Notes under the pieces: generated by a model | The model's database searches: none | Told to the model about the DNA's origin: nothing | Seen by the model: only the letters and a program-made list of their open reading frames with translations | Source of the DNA: Podarcis melisellensis | Lineage: Eukaryota | Direction: 5' to 3' (one strand) | DNA: 64,000 nt | Assembly (NCBI GenBank): GCA_964234715.1 | Contig: OZ174291.1 | Part shown: in pieces, positions 62,471 to 64,000 of the stretch | Layout: the number at the start of each line of letters is the position of its first letter | Position numbering within the stretch: position 1 is the first letter of the stretch | Program-made: the position numbers and the translations under genes

Positions 62471-62958
62471 GCTGTAATTTGCTTGCCTGATGAAGTCTCT
62501 CCCCTCAAACTATTGTGTACCTATTTACTGCATTCTTATCCGCTCTTCAGCTAAGACAGTTTGCAGAACAGCTTACTGAGATTATGAAGCCAGTCCCTGC
62601 CCTTGGGCTTAAAGCTAAAAAGACACAACACAAGTCAAAAGTTGCTGGCTCCAAGTGAGCTGATGGAGCGGTCCTGCTCCTGTTTCCTCCCTCCCTGCTC
62701 CTCCAGGAACCTGGTGGAGCTGCTCTCTCAATGGAACCAACAGAGAGGTTTTGCTTCCCTCCTCTTTCTCTCTGCTCCCTCGGCTGCATCCTGATGGAAT
62801 GGCATTGGTGGGCTGAAAGCTGATAGAGGGAGGACCCTAATGGAGCTGTCTCCTCAGCAGAGCTGAGGGAGTGACCCTGCTTCTGTGCCCCCACCTCTGC
62901 TGAAATGGCTGCTGCGAGATAACAAGTGAGGGAAAGGAAATGCCTGATGTAGCTGACA

Positions 62959-63312
62959 CAGGGGTCAGCAAACTTTTTCAACAGAAGGCCAGTCCACTGT
63001 CCCTCAGACCTTGTGGGGGGCTGGACCATAGCTGTCAACCTTTCCCTTTTCTTGTGAGGAATCCTATTCAGAATAGTGGAATTTCCCTTTAAAAAAAAGG
63101 CAAAAGTTGACAGCTCTGGGCCGGACTATATTTTGGGGAGGGGCAAAAATGAACGAATTCCTATCCCCCACAAATAACCCAGAGATGCATTTTAAATAAA
63201 AGCACACATTCTACTCATGTAAAATCACGCTGATTCCTGGACCATCCGTGGGCTGGATTTAGAAGGCGATTGGGCCGGATCCGGCCCCCAGGCCTTAGTT
63301 TGCCTAACCATA
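62959..63312. mobile_element. hAT-like MITE
   Basis: caggggtcagcaaact ... agtttgcctaaccat imperfect TIRs with GGCC-rich subterminal motifs. Confidence 0.6.
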
Positions 63313-63349
63313 AGTTGGCATCTCAGGAAAGCTGGTGGAATCATTTTAC

Positions 63350-63710
63350 AAATAGAATACTCATAATCCCCGAACTTCCCTCTACCCCTCCATGGTTTCC
63401 CAAGATCTTCTTTTCAAATTGCATCATATCATATTCTCCATATTTTCTTAAAACTCAGTTTTTATCATAGTTCTCGCTTCATTGCAAGTGTTGTTGTTGT
63501 TTTTAAAACCTGCCAATGTTTTTAATTGTTTACAGTGTTCTTTCAAGTGACTTATAAAATTTCCCCATTCTTTATTAAATTTATTGTCCTCTTAATCTCT
63601 GATTTTCCGGGTCACTTTTGCCATTTCGGCATCGTCCATCATCTTTATCAACCATTCTTCTTTTGTAGGTGGTTTGTCCTCCTTCCATCTTTGGGCAAGT
63701 AAGATCCGAA
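63350..63710 (-). mobile_element. L1-clade LINE 3' fragment
   Basis: Manual translation LAQRWKEDKPPTKEEW, same motif as the other L1 ends. Confidence 0.7.
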
Positions 63711-64000
63711 ATTTTTATTTGCATTCCGTAGCTCAGGACTGCAATACCCGAAGGACCACCTCTCTCCATATAAACTGACTCAGAAAACTGTGGCCCTCCC
63801 AATGATGATGGATTCCAACTCCCAATATCCCTGAGGGTGGACCACACTGGCTGATGAGGAGTTGGGAGTCCAATAAATTCTCTCCCATCCCCAATGAAGG
63901 GAATGGGGACATTTGCAACCTCCCTGAGAAGCCTGGCTGGGTTTGTACAGCTCATCTTTTAATGTCTCATCAAATTCTCTTGAAGAGGAACCTCCAGATT

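Overview
Vertebrate genomic DNA from a squamate, most likely a lacertid lizard (inferred from the Sauria/Squam1 SINE, Squam3-like SINE, BovB and Penelope repeat content). The window is part of a corneous beta-protein (beta-keratin, CBP) cluster; such clusters lie in the sauropsid epidermal differentiation complex. It holds nine intact Gly/Tyr-rich CBP genes (g1-g9, 162-171 aa). Each has a TATAAAA box, a short non-coding exon 1, one 5'-UTR intron and a single coding exon with the PSC.NQIPPAEVV.QPP....TIPGPILSASCEP core. Strands alternate strictly (+-+-+-+-+). g2-g9 form four head-to-head pairs of a type-A and a type-B promoter gene. Main observation: most genes look like chimeras made by one-sided copying from an inverted neighbour. 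Three of four type-B genes (g2, g5, g9) carry an inserted inverted copy of a neighbour's 3' end, with their own old C-terminal tail, 3'UTR and polyA signal stranded downstream. Three of four type-A genes (g4, g6, g8) carry an inserted type-B acceptor/start, with their own old acceptor and first codons stranded upstream as a potential uORF. The rest is mostly TE debris (L1, L2, CR1, BovB, SINEs, Tc1/mariner and hAT MITEs, and a Penelope-type hairpin with a minimal hammerhead motif), microsatellites and one 135-N gap. All comparisons were done by eye and need alignment to confirm.
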